Shown here piece by piece: positions 1 to 13,909 of a stretch of DNA of 64,000 bases. The position numbers and the translations under genes were made by a program. The stretch lies in assembly GCF_009914755.1 (NCBI RefSeq), contig NC_060938.1. The stretch is one strand, 5' to 3'. Source of the DNA: the human T2T-CHM13v2.0 reference genome, Homo sapiens. The notes beneath the pieces are model-generated. The model searched no databases. It saw only the letters and a program-made list of their open reading frames with translations, and was not told where the DNA came from. The stretch's first letter is position 1; each line of letters opens with the position of its first letter.

Positions 1-834
1 TAAGGGAAGGGTGTGAAATCCTCAGCAGATCCGCTCTGGCCTCCTTGTTCCGGAGTAAGCCAGGGAGAGAGAGAAAAAGGGGGAAAAGATGAGGGGATCA
101 GAAGGCCCAGGCATGGCTTTGCTTTTCTTTTTAAAATCCTTTTTCTTTGGACCCCGCTGCCTGGAGGAACAGGGGCTACCCCAGCCTGGGGCCCGCAGCA
201 CCATGGCTTCCTGGATGCTCTCCCACCTACCTGCCATCGCAGCTGCACGCGGCGCCTCCGGGAGCCCTCAGTGGGGTGCAGCGACAGAGCCCGGCAGGTG
301 CAGCAGCCGCCAGCCCCTCTCTCCGGTAACCCCAGGGCTGCTGCACACATTTGTCTTGTGTTTTACAATCCGCCCCTTCACCTCCTTCCCTGCTGTTTCT
401 CCCCATTTCACTCTTCTCTATCCCATTTGGCTTTCCTCATTTTTCACTTGAGTGGGTTTCCTATCCCCGACTCCGCTCCGGCCTCACTCTGCTCAACACC
501 AATAAAACACACTCAACACAGGTAGAACAAGGTGCCCGAGCTCGGCGTGACAAATGGCTCGCCCGGCCCTTGCTAAGCGTGGCTGTAAATTGCCCCTCCC
601 GTTGGCCTGGCGTGGCCGGGGGCTGTGCTCAGCAGCCCCTCCGTGGGGGTGAGGGGGCCAGCAGCGGGCTTTAGACCTAGCATTTGGCCTGCCCCCAAGG
701 CCTCTCCCAAGGTCCTGGCATCCAGGAGGGAGCGAGGTGGCTGGGTGGGAGGCAAGGGGCACCTGTGGCTTTGGCTGGAGCAGCTGGGCCATCTTCATTG
801 ATCGGGCCATAACTCCAGCATCTAGGATTTCCTG

Positions 835-1050
835 CACACCACCATGTGCCAGGCGCTGTGCTGAGGCTCCACAGCAAATGTGATTTAATCCTCACAGCAG
901 CCTGCGAGGTGTAGGCACCATGACTACTCCTGTTTCACAGATGACAACCCTGAGGAAGGCTTAACAAGGTCACATAACTTGTCAAGGTCATCTGACTAGT
1001 AAGTGGCAGGCTGAGTCTATGCAGACCTCCCGGACTCTAAAATCTGGGCT
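835..1050 (-). mobile_element. MIR SINE
   Basis: atttaatcctcac...tttcacagatga...aaggtcac...aagtggcag, reverse of the MIR core. Confidence 0.7.
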
Positions 1051-2524
1051 TTGCATCCCATACCCTGTGTGGGTGGCACCAGCCTGGGCACAATGGGAAG
1101 CAAGATGTCAGCTCCATGCTCCAGATGGGCATGATGTTGATTTCCTTCTCTACTTCATGAAGCTGCTCCTGCTGTGTCCCCACAGCCCATGGACAAGGGG
1201 GAACACACTTGAAGCTCCTTCCCCCCAGAATGAGTGATCAGAAGTGAGGATAGTCCATGCTCTTGCTTTTTTGCCTCTCTGGGAACAGCCAGGGTGCTCC
1301 CACCTTGGAGAAGCAGTGGGGCAGGGGGCTTGTCTGGCTCATTCTGTCACCAGGGGAGCCCCAGAGATTTGTGTTTTGGGGGACGGAGAGCCCAGGGCTT
1401 GCGAGTCTGTAACCTGGTCCCCAGGGGCATCTGGTAACATGGTAATGGGCACGTTCGAGCATCTCATCTTTTGCTCCGGGTGCCTTTAATCGCTGCCAAT
1501 GAAAGTTGAGACTGAAGAGGAAAACAGCCTGAGCGGGGGCTGCTGGACTTCCTCTCTCTGCCTTCTTCCTCACTGGTAATTACAAACACCAGCCGCTTTG
1601 TGTCTAAAATGGCCAGGATAATTGAAACGGAATTTGGAATCAGGGCCCTGCAGGCAACACTTGTTGAAAGAAGAAATAAAGATCGGTTGGGTCACGTCTT
1701 TTGTAATTTGCGTTTAATAATCATACCAGGAGGTACGCACAAAGGGAGAGGCGGCGTGTGAGCCAGCTCCCAGCCTGCCCGCACCCTCCCTGGGTCTGCC
1801 AGGGAGGGAAGAAGGAACATGCAAGGGGTGGGCAGGGGTGGGTAGAGGAGGAAGCACACAAGTTGGAGAAAGTTCTCTCCACGTGGCAGGGGCAGGAGAG
1901 GGGGTGCGGGTTGGGGTGGGCCAAGTTGCTAGCTGAGATGAAGGTGGTGTGAGAAACCTTCGTGCTGGGCGCCCTCACCCACTGTGCTCTGCACACCTGC
2001 CACTCGTCTCCATGCACATACCCCACGGGAGCTGAGGGTGACCGTGGCGTGAGGCTACAGGAGCCCAGGAGATGGACGCCGTGATTTCAGACATGCTGCA
2101 GAGAGACTCTTTGGATCAAGAGCTTGGAACACTGCCACTACTCAGTAATGCCAGCCCCAGAGCTAGGGTGGAGGGGGCTGCCCCGCAGGGTGTAGCTGCA
2201 GCTTCCAGGCTGTGGGCATGCATGCTTTCATAGGTGCTCCATGGGAGCCCTGCAGCCCACTATTCCCCAGAATCACTGATACTCATGTTTGGATCCTTAA
2301 GGAGTGTACCACTTTTACACAGACACACCCCCACTCTCCTGCCAACCCCCCGCACTAAGCACACCTAGAGCCGCACTCTCTCAACCACCAAAAACATTCC
2401 CCCCCTTCCCTTAGGATGCTGCCCCTTTCTGTCTGCAAGACTCCACGGAACTGAGATCTCAAGGGCTTCCCCGTGCCCACACATCATCACGGAGTGGGGG
2501 GCTGTCTTGGAAGTGGAGAGATGG

Positions 2525-2932
2525 TGTTACAGGCTGAATTGCGCCCCTACCCCCATAATTCATATTGTTGATGCTCTAACCCCCAGTACCCCAGAATGTG
2601 ACTATATTTGGAGACAGGGCCTTTAAAGAGGTAATTAAGTTAAAATGAGGTCATGGAGATGGGCCCTCATCCAATCTGACTGATGTCCTTATAAGAAGAG
2701 GAAATTCGCATACCAAGGAGACACAAGGGCTGCGTGTACACAGAGGAAAGACCGTGTGAGGACACAGCGAGAAGGCGGCCATCTGCAAGCCAAGAGAGGC
2801 CTCAGGAAAAACCAGCCCTGTCAACACCTTGATCTTGGACCTCTAGCCTTCAGAACTGTGAGAACATACATTTCTGCTGTTAAAGGACCCGTCTGTGGTG
2901 CTTTGTTAGGGCAGCCCTAGCAAACTAGTACA
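2525..2932 (+). mobile_element. MaLR solo LTR (MLT1B-like)
   Basis: TG...CA ends; tgttacaggctgaatt, gaatgtgactatatttggaga, accttgatcttggac, gcagccctagcaaactagtaca. Confidence 0.85.
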
Positions 2933-3963
2933 GAGAATGAGGTGCAGGGAGACACTGGGCTGGGATGCCTCTTGCCCTGCAGGCCCTTCCCTCTCTTGTC
3001 TGGACATGCATAATGTGTACTTGAAATGCAGCAAAGAGAGGGGCCCTAGCTGCTTCCCTTCCTGGTGGGGCCAGAGCCTGAATGACCCAGGGAAGGGAAC
3101 TTGCATGCTGGTCTTTACCCGTGGCTCTTTCTCCAAGGCCCAGGGCTGCCCACCACCAGGCCCTGGTCATGGGGTGCTAACAGCCCTGTGATGCCCAACT
3201 TCCATCTCTTCCTTCCATTCTTAAGCCTCTTCCCCTTTCGCCATTGATGAGAAAAAGTGTCCTGCCTTGGTGACACAAGGGGGCTCTCAGTCCTTGCATA
3301 AGCCAGAATCCTGACAACCAGTGACCTGGAATCTGGGAACCATCCAGTCAGTAATATTTCTGAACAAAGAACTACAGAAAGGGGGCATGAATGAAGAGCT
3401 TTTCAAAGTCTGGATGTTTGGTGTGCACAGTGTGACTTCCTCCCTGCCTAAGGCCTTGGCACAGGGCACACATCCCTTTCAGGGCAAGGCCTATGGACAC
3501 AGCATCCCAGGTGGTGGGTGGAGCACACTCCTCCTGGGCTTTTGTAGGTGGATGGCTTAGACCATCAGAGGAGCAGACTCTGGGGAGCAGAGGTACCCCC
3601 GGGCTGGGGACAGAGGAGGAGCACAGCAGCAAAGGGTGGAAAGGGGATAAACAGAGTCCTGGACTTTTAAGCTTGCAAGGGCTTTGTGGTGTTGGGGGGC
3701 GGGCGGGGAAATCACGAGCTGCTAACATTCCGGAGAACAGCCTCTGCTGCCAAGAGCTGATGGATACACTCTCGAATCTTTTCATTTTAGTTCCTCCATG
3801 CTGGGGCAGGAGGAAGGGGAAGTAGATGGTGATATCTCCACTGTACAAAGGAGAAAGTGGGGTTTAGAGAGGTTAAGTTCTTGCTCACAAATGCACAGCT
3901 TGAAAATGGCAGAGCTGTAACCCAGGGCTTCTAGACTCTCCATCCAGGCCTTTCCTTCTAGAA

Positions 3964-4296
3964 CAGGGGCTGGCAAACTACAGCCCATGGGCCGAATCTG
4001 GCCCACTGCCCAACTTCATGTGGCCTGCGAGCTAAGAAAGGCTCACATTTTTCAATGATTGAGGAAAAAAAATCAAAAAATAATATTTCACGACAAGTGA
4101 AATTACATGGCATTCACATTTCTGTGTTCATAGTAGAGCTTTATTGGCATGGAGCCTCACCCATTGGTTTACCTTTGGTCCATGGGCCTCCGCCGCCACA
4201 ACAGCAGAGTTCAGCAGTCATGACAGAGACTGTAGAATCCTCAATACCTAAATATGCCTTTTCTGGGCTTTCATAGAAAGCATCTACCCACCTCTG
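3964..4296 (+). mobile_element. MER58B-like hAT-Charlie non-autonomous DNA transposon
   Basis: caggggctggcaaactacagcccatgggccgaatctggccc start, ...cacctctg end, ~330 bp. Confidence 0.8.
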
Positions 4297-4724
4297 CTTT
4301 AGGGTCACATAACTTGAGAGATGGAAGAGATCTTAGGCACCATCCAGTCTGAAAATTTCAATTCCCTCCCATTCTATCCACCTATTTCCCCCAAAAAGCA
4401 GTTAGACCCATTGCATCTAAACAGCTCCATTCCAAGGCTGTCCTCGGAACCCCGCCCCCCACCCAGCCTCCTCCCTGTTCTGCACTGTTCTCTGGAAGCC
4501 GGGCTCACGGCAGCCTGCCCTGGGGCTGGGATGAAGGACTTTGTACCTCTACATCTTTGCTCCATTATTGTCTGTTCCTGAGGCTCTTATGGGGCTCCTG
4601 TGGCACCAAGCTACCCATGTCCTTGGGCCTGGAAGCCTGCAGCCTGCAGGAGGCACCCATACCAGGGCCCAGAGGTGACCACTACCTGGGTGACTGGAGC
4701 GGGACGTGGTGAAACTTGGGGGTG

Positions 4725-4945
4725 TGCCCTGGGGTCACACTGTTTGGGTGAAAGCAGGTTCAAGTCCTGGTACTGGGTAACTGCTGACTTGGGTGAGTCA
4801 CTTCAACATTCTGTGCCTCAGTTTTCTCACTTGGAAAATGAAGAAAATAATAGCATCTACGCCTTGGGATTGTGTGAGCATGAAATGGGTCAAAGCACGT
4901 AACGTGCTTGGAGTGGCACCTGGTGCACAGCATGTGCTCTATGAG
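4725..4945 (+). mobile_element. MIR SINE followed by (GAT)n microsatellite (~4947-4980)
   Basis: ggttcaagtcc...tgtgcctcagttttctcac..aaaatg MIR core. Confidence 0.75.
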
Positions 4946-5466
4946 TGACGATGATCATGATGATGATGGTGATGATGATGACTATTATTAAAAGCCCTGT
5001 TCTAGCCAGCTTATTATTTCAGGCCTACCGCGCAGAAGCAGAGATTTCTACTGGACCTCCCCGCACAGAGATCCCACGGGCCCAAGGGCCTTCATGGTAC
5101 CATCAGCTGCCAAAAAAAATTTTATAAGGCCGAGTCTTAGCCTGAGATTTTGTGCCAAATTTCCCCTGGAATCTGTGTCTGGGCTGAGGGTCAGGGGGAT
5201 CAGAAGGTCAAGGCCATAGGCTAAGTGCTCTCTGTCTGGAGAAAGAGGTGCTATGAAACATAAGGGCAAGATGGCAGTGAAAATGAGTGAACTGTCAACA
5301 CGCTTGAATCCCATAAATACCACAGGGAGCTAAGAAAGCAAGTTGCAAAAGAAGATAAACCACGTGGTGGCCATTTACACAGAAACGTGAAACATGCCAG
5401 GCAATTCCGTGTATTGTTTAGGATACATTCCTTTATGGTAAAAGTCTAAAGAAATATACAGGAATG

Positions 5467-5764
5467 GGCCAGGCGTGGTGGCTCTCGCCTGTAATCCGAG
5501 CATTTTGGGAGGCTAAGGCGGGCGGATCACTTGAGGTTAGGAGTTTGAGACCAGCCTGGCCAACATGGTGAAACCCCGTCTCCACTAAAATACAAAAATT
5601 AGCCAGGCATGGAGGCAGGCGCCTGTAATCTCAGCTACTCAGAAGGCTGAGGCAGGAGAATCGCTTGAACCCAGGAGGTGGAGGTTGCAGTGAGCCAAGA
5701 TCATGTCACTGCACTCCAGCCTGGGCTACAGAGCAAGACTCTGTCTAAAAAAAAAAAAAAAAAA
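5467..5764 (+). mobile_element. AluS inserted in an old L1 3' fragment
   Basis: Full dimer with poly(A); degenerate TSD tatacaggaatg / tatacagggatg. Confidence 0.95.
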
Positions 5765-6589
5765 CTATACAGGGATGATGAACACTGAATTCATGAATTT
5801 GGGGTAGTGCTTCCCCCAGGTGGAGGGGAGGGGACTGACCTGGAGAGGGGCACACAAGGTCCTTCACCTGAATTTGGGGGAAAAGTGTATCCTGGAGGGT
5901 GGATGTGTGAGTCCTTCATATTATTCTAGAAACCTTTGTATAGGTCTTAAGTATTTTATAATATAAATATTTTTGATGTGGGCAAGGCTAATTTTGCAAA
6001 CCTAATAGACTTTGGAGGCAGGGGTCTCAAAATTGTGCCAAGAAGCCCCAAAGATGGCCCAGTAGAGATGAACGCGTCCTGGTGGACAGTGTGCCCTGTG
6101 GCGTGCAGGCACTGCCTGATGCTCCAGCCCCTCATGCACGCCCGCCCTGCCCCACACCCGCTCACCTGCTCCTCTCCTGCCTTCCTCCCCAGCGCCTAGC
6201 AGTCCTTCCCCATCTGCTTGCTGTGTTGTTCCTTGCTCGGTAATATGTCCTCTCTGGGCTGTGGCATGGGCAGAGGCTCTGGTTCCCCCTCCCTGGTGAG
6301 GCAGAGAGGCTTAGGAACATGTGTTTCTGGGAGGCAGACACCAGCTGGTTGGGGAGACATTTGCATATTCCACTGAGCCCCCCAGAGCCAAGCCAGGGTT
6401 GGGAGGAGGAGGCTGCAGCAGGACAGAGGGAGAGGGAAGGCTCTGGTCAGCTAGGGGTCAGATGGAACAGATTTCAGATTGGAGAGACAGATGGTTAAAG
6501 CAGAGAAGAGGGAGGGGAGCGAATCGTGACTCCTATGTGAAGGAAGTCATTCGAGAGCCCTAAAATATCTTGTGTCTTTGCAGGGATCT

Positions 6590-6760
6590 TCGGTTATCAA
6601 AGCATTTTCCTATCTTTCACTTGATTCCTCACTGTAGTCCTGTGAAGTAGGTATGACCGTCAGCCCCATTTTACAGATGAGGAAGCTGAGACTCAGACGG
6701 CAGAGCTAGTGCATGGGGAAGTCTCTGGACTCCTGGTCCGGGAGTGTTCCTTTCACTCCA
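6590..6760 (-). mobile_element. MIR SINE
   Basis: ccccattttacagatgaggaagctgagactcaga. Confidence 0.75.
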
Positions 6761-6799
6761 CCTCAGAGCCAGCTGCAAGTGCTCTCTCCAAGTGCTTTT

Positions 6800-8005
<1,206 letters not shown>

Positions 8006-9449
8006 GTAGCTTAAGCTTCCAGCCTGGGAATGGCCTGACATATGCCTCATTCCCTGGCCTCCTGGTCATTGTCAGCTGGGGAGGAAGATGTTTCCAACTG
8101 AGAAATCATCAGAAGACATTTTGTCGTGTTTTCAAGCCCCAGAAATGTTAGAGGTCTCATAAATTGCCCCCCTCCCTTCCCAAAATATGATCACAGCAAC
8201 CACCCTCTCCCCTGACTTGACCAGCCGGAGAGAATCCTCCCTGTCACTGTCACTCCATGGGGGTTGGGGGGCTGATTCCAGCATGCCAGGCACTGTGAAA
8301 GGCCCCAAAGAGACCTAGAAGTCCTGTAAGATTTAGTCTCCACTCTAGAAGACCCTGCAAATCAGAACCAGAGTTAGGGCAAGGGAAAGATCAAGGCCAA
8401 GCTTGTAGAGGACATTCAGGGCTGTGGAAATCCCAGCAGAGTGGCAAGAGTTGCAGAGGAAAGAGTCTGGTCACCCCCAGGTCAGAATGTCTTCCTCAGG
8501 CTATGGCGCCCTAGGATGGGGGAGGGGGAACTGCCCATCAAAGACCTCCTCCGGGTCCCACTGCACTTCACCTGAGATCTCTTCTCTGGCCTGCCTCTCT
8601 GACCTCCAGGGCCAAGAATGATGACTGGGCAATGGTAATCTGGGAGGCTGGCACCTGGGCCTGTGCAGACTGGCCCTTCAATGTACAGAACCATCCTCCT
8701 TACCTACGGGCCAGAGCCATGCTCAACCTTTTGTCTTTAATCAGGGCCCTGCTCCCTTTGTAGACAAAGTATTTCCCAGACCTTCCCAGAAAGTATGGAT
8801 TGCAAACACTTGATCCCACTGACTGTGTGTTAGGGCACCCAGGCTGGCCAGATGCAGGCCTGGCTTTTGATCTGGAAGCTCTGCTCCTGAGCATGGAAGG
8901 GATCTGGTGTTCCTGCCCACCATGGGAGGGAAATGGCTTCAGAGAATGGTAATGAAGAGAGTGACCTGGGAAGGGGATACCAGAGCTGGGAGCCACAGAG
9001 ATCCAGAGCAGGTGACTGTGAAAGAAGGTAGGCTGGGTGTGGGAGCAGACCACCCCACAAGCCCATGCACCAAGATGCACAGAGGTCCTGTCAGGACCTG
9101 AGGTATCTCCTCCTGTGGAGTTCAGGTGAGAGCCACCACCCTTTCCCAAGGGGGCTGAGCTGTTCCCTTCCTATAAGCCACTTCAGACCAAGCATCTGAG
9201 CTTGCCTGGGTGCAGGTGGCAGGGTTCCTGTGGTCCCAGGGCAGCCTGGCCATCCCGGGACTCTACTTAACACTTCCAACTTCTTCCTGAGCCAGCTGCA
9301 GGGGCAGGGAGACAGGTTTGAGGGCAGGAGACCCCAATTTCCACCTACTAGTTCCTAAGCAGACTCTGTGAGACCTGTGTTGGATCAGGGCTCACCTCCC
9401 TCCTGGGGTGGTCTCATTTGGCATTCTGTTTCTCCCAATCCCAATCCCA

Positions 9450-9850
9450 TTGATCACCCACTGTGCCTGCCAAGCCCTTTCCTGCCACAGGGACTTTGCA
9501 CTTCCTTCAGCCTGGATGCACTGCCCCTGATCTTCACAGGCACCTTTAGTTGGAGCACAGATCTTGCCACCTCAGAGAGAGATTCTCTGACCTCTTAATT
9601 TAAATGAGCCACCTCCCAGCTCCAACTCCTTACCCTTTATTTTGTCATCATGGTTATCTCCTCATGGCACCTACCACAACTGTAATTACCCCTTTGTTTA
9701 CTTGGCTATTGTCTACTCGTTACTAAAGCCCTGTGAGCACAAGAACTGAAGTCCTGTCTGTCCTGCCCTCTCTTGTGCTCCCAGCCCCTAGAATTGTGTC
9801 TGGCACATACTAGGTAGGTGCTCAATAAGTATCTGTCGGAGGAATGAACT
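9450..9850 (+). mobile_element. L2 3' fragment
   Basis: cagggactttgcac...tggcacata...gtgctcaataagtatctgtcggaggaatgaa. Confidence 0.65.
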
Positions 9851-10002
9851 GAAAAGGCTTAGAAAATAGAGTTATTGTTGTTCTACTTTATAGGTAAGGA
9901 CGTCAGTGAGAATAACAAATTTACAATGACTTCATAAGTAGGAAATAGCTATGCCAGGGACGCTACCCCAGGTCTCTGGACTAGAAATCTGTACCCCCAC
10001 AG

Positions 10003-10490
10003 TCATAGTCCATTTGTGTTGCTATAAAGGAATACCTGAGGCTGGGTAATTTATTAAAAAAAGAGGTTTCCCTTGACTGAAGCAGTGATAAAAGAGAAAG
10101 AAAAAAAAGAGGTTTATTTGGCTCACAGTTCTGCAGGCTGTACAGGCAGCATGGTGCCAGGATCTACTTCTGGTGAGGGCCACAGGCTGCTTCCACTCAC
10201 GGCGGAAGGGGAAGGGGAGCCAGTGTGTGCAGAGATCGAGGAAGCAAGAGAGAAAGGGGAGAGATGCCAGGTTCTTTTTTTTTTTTTTTTTAACAACCAG
10301 CTCTCCTTGGGAGAGCTCTGGCAAGAAATATTAGGGCAAGAACTCACCCATTACAGAGAACTGGCACCAATCCATTCATGAGGGACGCACCCCGATCAAC
10401 CAAACACCTCCCATTGGCGCCAGCTGCAACACTGCGGGTCAGATTTCAACATGAGCTTTGGAGAGGACAAATAGCACACACCCTGTCCAG
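10003..10490 (-). mobile_element. MaLR LTR (MSTB-like)
   Basis: tagtccatttgtgttgctataaaggaatacctgaggctgggtaattt...tttcaacatgagctttggagaggaca. Confidence 0.85.
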
Positions 10491-11819
10491 TGTCTGTGCA
10501 GTTTCATGACCTGAGGCCAGACACCCTGTGAGTACCTTGATGTGGAGTCAGCAGGCCCAGCCTCACTTCTCTTCAGACTCCACTCTTGACAATCAGGTGG
10601 GAGTGGGGATACCCAGTAAAGGCAGAAAAGGGGAAATTCCATTTGAGGTTGAAGGGCACGAGTGGCTAGGGATAGCCTAGCCTTCTCTGTGGATTTGGAA
10701 ACCCCAGAGTCTCCGCATTGCATTTTTCTAGGAGGAAATAAAAAGCATGTGTTGGGGGGTGCAAACCTCTTTTAAGATGAAAACTACAGAAGTGACCACA
10801 TTCCACTGCGTGTGTTCATAAGAGACTCCTCACTGTGCAGGCGGGGTGGTGAGTGCCCCAGTTCATGCCTATGGCAGTCCCGCTCCAGGCCAGGGGCAAC
10901 CTGCCTAGCTCAGCCCTGCACGAAGAGGGCCTCAGCAGTTTCCTGGAGCCCTAGGAACACTCGAGAATGTGCGCTGTGTACCAGATTGTCCTGTTTTCAC
11001 CAGCCCCTTCTAGCCTACGTTATACAACCACAAGGTAAAAGTAGAGTCAACTTAGACTAACTTTTCATCCCTTTAACTTCTCAAAGATTGGAAAAGTCCC
11101 TGTCCCCAGCCCCAACCTCCTTCCAGTGCTCTTCCCTAACACCCCATGGCAACCCCACTTAAGCCCAGACACATCACTCATTTGCTTCACCTGTGTTCCC
11201 CACTGCCCTTGAAATTTAATGTTGGCATGTGTTCTGCCTGCAGCCTCGGGGAGGTGGGCTAAGTCCTGATGGAGAGATCACTAGTGGCTGGGGACCGATG
11301 GACACTCCCTTTTCCTGGTAGGTGGAGGAGAAAGAAAGGCAAGTATCTCTTGGGCTGCCTCCAGCATCATAGGATTTAGGGCACAGGGTTGTACCTGCAC
11401 AGACCAAACGCAAGAATTCCAAGGGTACAGGGACCCAGCTCACTGGGGGAAGCCCAGCCCAAGCTCACAAACACAAAGTTCAAGGCAACCAGCTGTCCTG
11501 GCCCTGCCTTGGCCTGAACCTAACTGGAAAAGCCCTGGATTCAGAGCCCGAACGCCTGGGTACTAAGTTAGTCCTTCCTTTTAACTAACTGTGTGGCCTT
11601 GGGCTAGTATCCACTTAGCTGCCCTGAAAGCTAAGTGAATATAATCTAAGTAATACACATTTGTAAACAATTTTGCTGCAGTGAGAATCAGTAACGAGCT
11701 AATGCATGCGAATGAGCTCAGAAGACTATCCAGTGCTGTGAAGTGGGGAGTGGGCCGGGCCTCCACTGTGTTTCTGCCTACCGCAGCCAGTAGGTCTGCT
11801 TTCACCAGGCATGGTATGG

Positions 11820-12230
11820 CCTGTGGCCTTAGTGTGTGCAGCAAGCATTCCAGCCATTCACCCATATCCCATCCCTCTCTCTTTCCTGGCATATGGGAAG
11901 ATAGTCTTTCTCCAGCCCCTCGAAGTTAGGCAGGTCCTGTGATTAGTTCCAGCCGGTGGGTTGTGGGTAGAAGTGCTCAGGTGGCTCCCATGCTGGTGTC
12001 TTTATTTGCTGATGTGAGGCCCTCCAGCTCTGCTCCTCGACAGCTGGCCATCACAGACTTGTGGTCAAGATGGAGTGCTATCAGCTGGGGTCTCTGGGTA
12101 ACCACAGTGGACAGACCCTCCTTGGATTGGCCTTGGGGCCTGAACATAAATGAATGGTGACTGTTTTAAGCCACTGAGATTTGGAGGCTGTTTGTTATGA
12201 CAGTGCCACTTAGCCTAACCTAACTGATCC
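11820..12230 (+). mobile_element. Old MaLR LTR (MLT1J/K-like)
   Basis: tgttttaagccactgagatttggaggctgtttgtta...taactgatcca 3' end. Confidence 0.6.
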
Positions 12231-12321
12231 AGTGCTCCATCAGCAAAGTTCTTCAGCTTTGGGGTTCAGGGACCAACTGCCTCAGATACTCCTGGAGGAG
12301 CCTTGTTAAAATGCAGATTCC

Positions 12322-12587
12322 AGCCGGGCGCAGTGGCTGACGCCTGTAATCCCAGCACTTTGGGAGGCCAGGGCGGGCCGATCATTTGAGGTCAGGAGTT
12401 CGAGACCAGCCTGGCCAACGTGGTAAAACCCTGTTTCTACTAAAAACAAAAATTAACCGGGTGTGGTGGTGGGTGCTTGTAATCCCAGCTACCCGGGATG
12501 CTAAGGCAGGAGATTCGCTTGTAGTGAGCCGAGATTGCACCGCTGCACTCCAGCCTGGGCAACAGAGCCAGACTCAGTCTCAAAAAA
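12322..12587 (+). mobile_element. AluS with ~20-nt internal deletion, inserted in MER5 (~12230-12665)
   Basis: 14-bp TSD aaaatgcagattcc at 12308-12321 and 12584-12597; right arm lacks gaacccgggaggcggagg. Confidence 0.9.
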
Positions 12588-12681
12588 TGCAGATTCCCAG
12601 TCCCAACCTAGCTGCTGCTGAGTCAGAATGGCCAGGGGGTGAAGCCCTGGGATCTGCAATTCTAAAAATAGTAACTATTAA

Positions 12682-13909
12682 TGATGGCAGTGGCTGCTGC
12701 CATCACACCCAGCTGCGTGGCTGGGGCTGTGCACTCCATGGAGCTGGTGGGAACCCCACTCCTTCTGAGTTGGGACAGTAGGTCCCCGTGGTGCTGCAGC
12801 CGCCCAAACTGCTACTGCAGACCCAGGCCTCCTGCTCTATGGAGCAGGCAGGAGCCCCGCCCTACTGGGTGGGGCTATAGCTGCCCAAACTGCAGCTGTG
12901 GATCTGAGCCTCCCTCCGTGTGCTCTTGGGGGAGCTGGGAACAGGCAGGATCTGCCTTCCTGGGTGCAGTGGTGGTGGCTGCAGACCTGGGCCTCCTGCT
13001 CTAGGAAGCAGGCAGGGGCCAGGGACAAGTGGGAGCCCTGCCCCTTCCAAGTTGGTGGGGCAGGAGCTCCAGGGCCCAGCTGTGGCCACCCTGCCAGGTG
13101 CAGGACCCAGGTGTACCCTGGGGGCTCCAGGAAGGACCCTCCCAATCCCTGCAGGCTCAGGGGTGTCTTTTCCTGCGGCTTGGCCTCTCTCCACTCCTGG
13201 CCCCTGCTCCATTCTTGGAGCAGGGGTTTGGGCCAAGCCTGGGGGGCCATGAATGGCAGTGGGAGGCAGATTGATTCCTGGGTGGAAGGGGATGGGTCCC
13301 CAATAAGGCCCCACCTTCAGGCCAGGGAGGGCCTGAAGCCTGGGAGCCGGGCTGCCGACTTCCCGAAGACTGCAGTGGGGGCTCGTGGTGCCTCTTCTGG
13401 CCCACTCGTGGCCATCAGTGGACCAACTGGCACATACTTCCTCCCCTCTGAGGTCCATAAAAGCCCTGGGCTCAGCCAGAGCAGGGCAGGCGTTGGCCAG
13501 AGGATGAAGAGGGCAGAGAGATGACGGGATGGGTTGGCCAGCTGCAGAGAGGGATACCCTCCCCAATGAGAGCTGCAGGGACAACCCACCAGCAGAGAGG
13601 AGCTACCCTCTCTGCTGAGAGCTTCAGAGACCTTCAGAGACATCCAAATGACTTGCCTTCAGAGAGGAGCCACCCTCTCCAGAGCCTTCTCTCTGCTAAG
13701 AGCTGAACACTTGACTGGACAACCTGCCTACAGAAAGGAGCTACCCACTCCTCTGAGCTGTTCTAACACTACATAAAACTCTTCTTCACCCTTCGTTTGT
13801 CTGCGCATCATCTCATTCTTCCTGGACACAGGACAAGAACTCGGGCAAAGGCGCCACAGCCCCAGAGGTTTCCTGTCAGAAAAATCGACACCCCAGAGAT
13901 CCCATAACA
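12682..13909 (+). mobile_element. Full-length solo ERV1 LTR (MER52 family)
   Basis: tgatggcagtggctgc...ccccagagatcccataaca with TG..CA ends, perfect 4-bp TSD TTAA (12678-12681, 13910-13913), internal repeats (gcagacc..ggcctcctgctct; agaggagctaccc). Confidence 0.88.

Noticed and set aside
13-895. 170-aa and other ORFs at the window start
   Set aside because: Non-ATG starts, overlapping frames on both strands, no recognisable homology.
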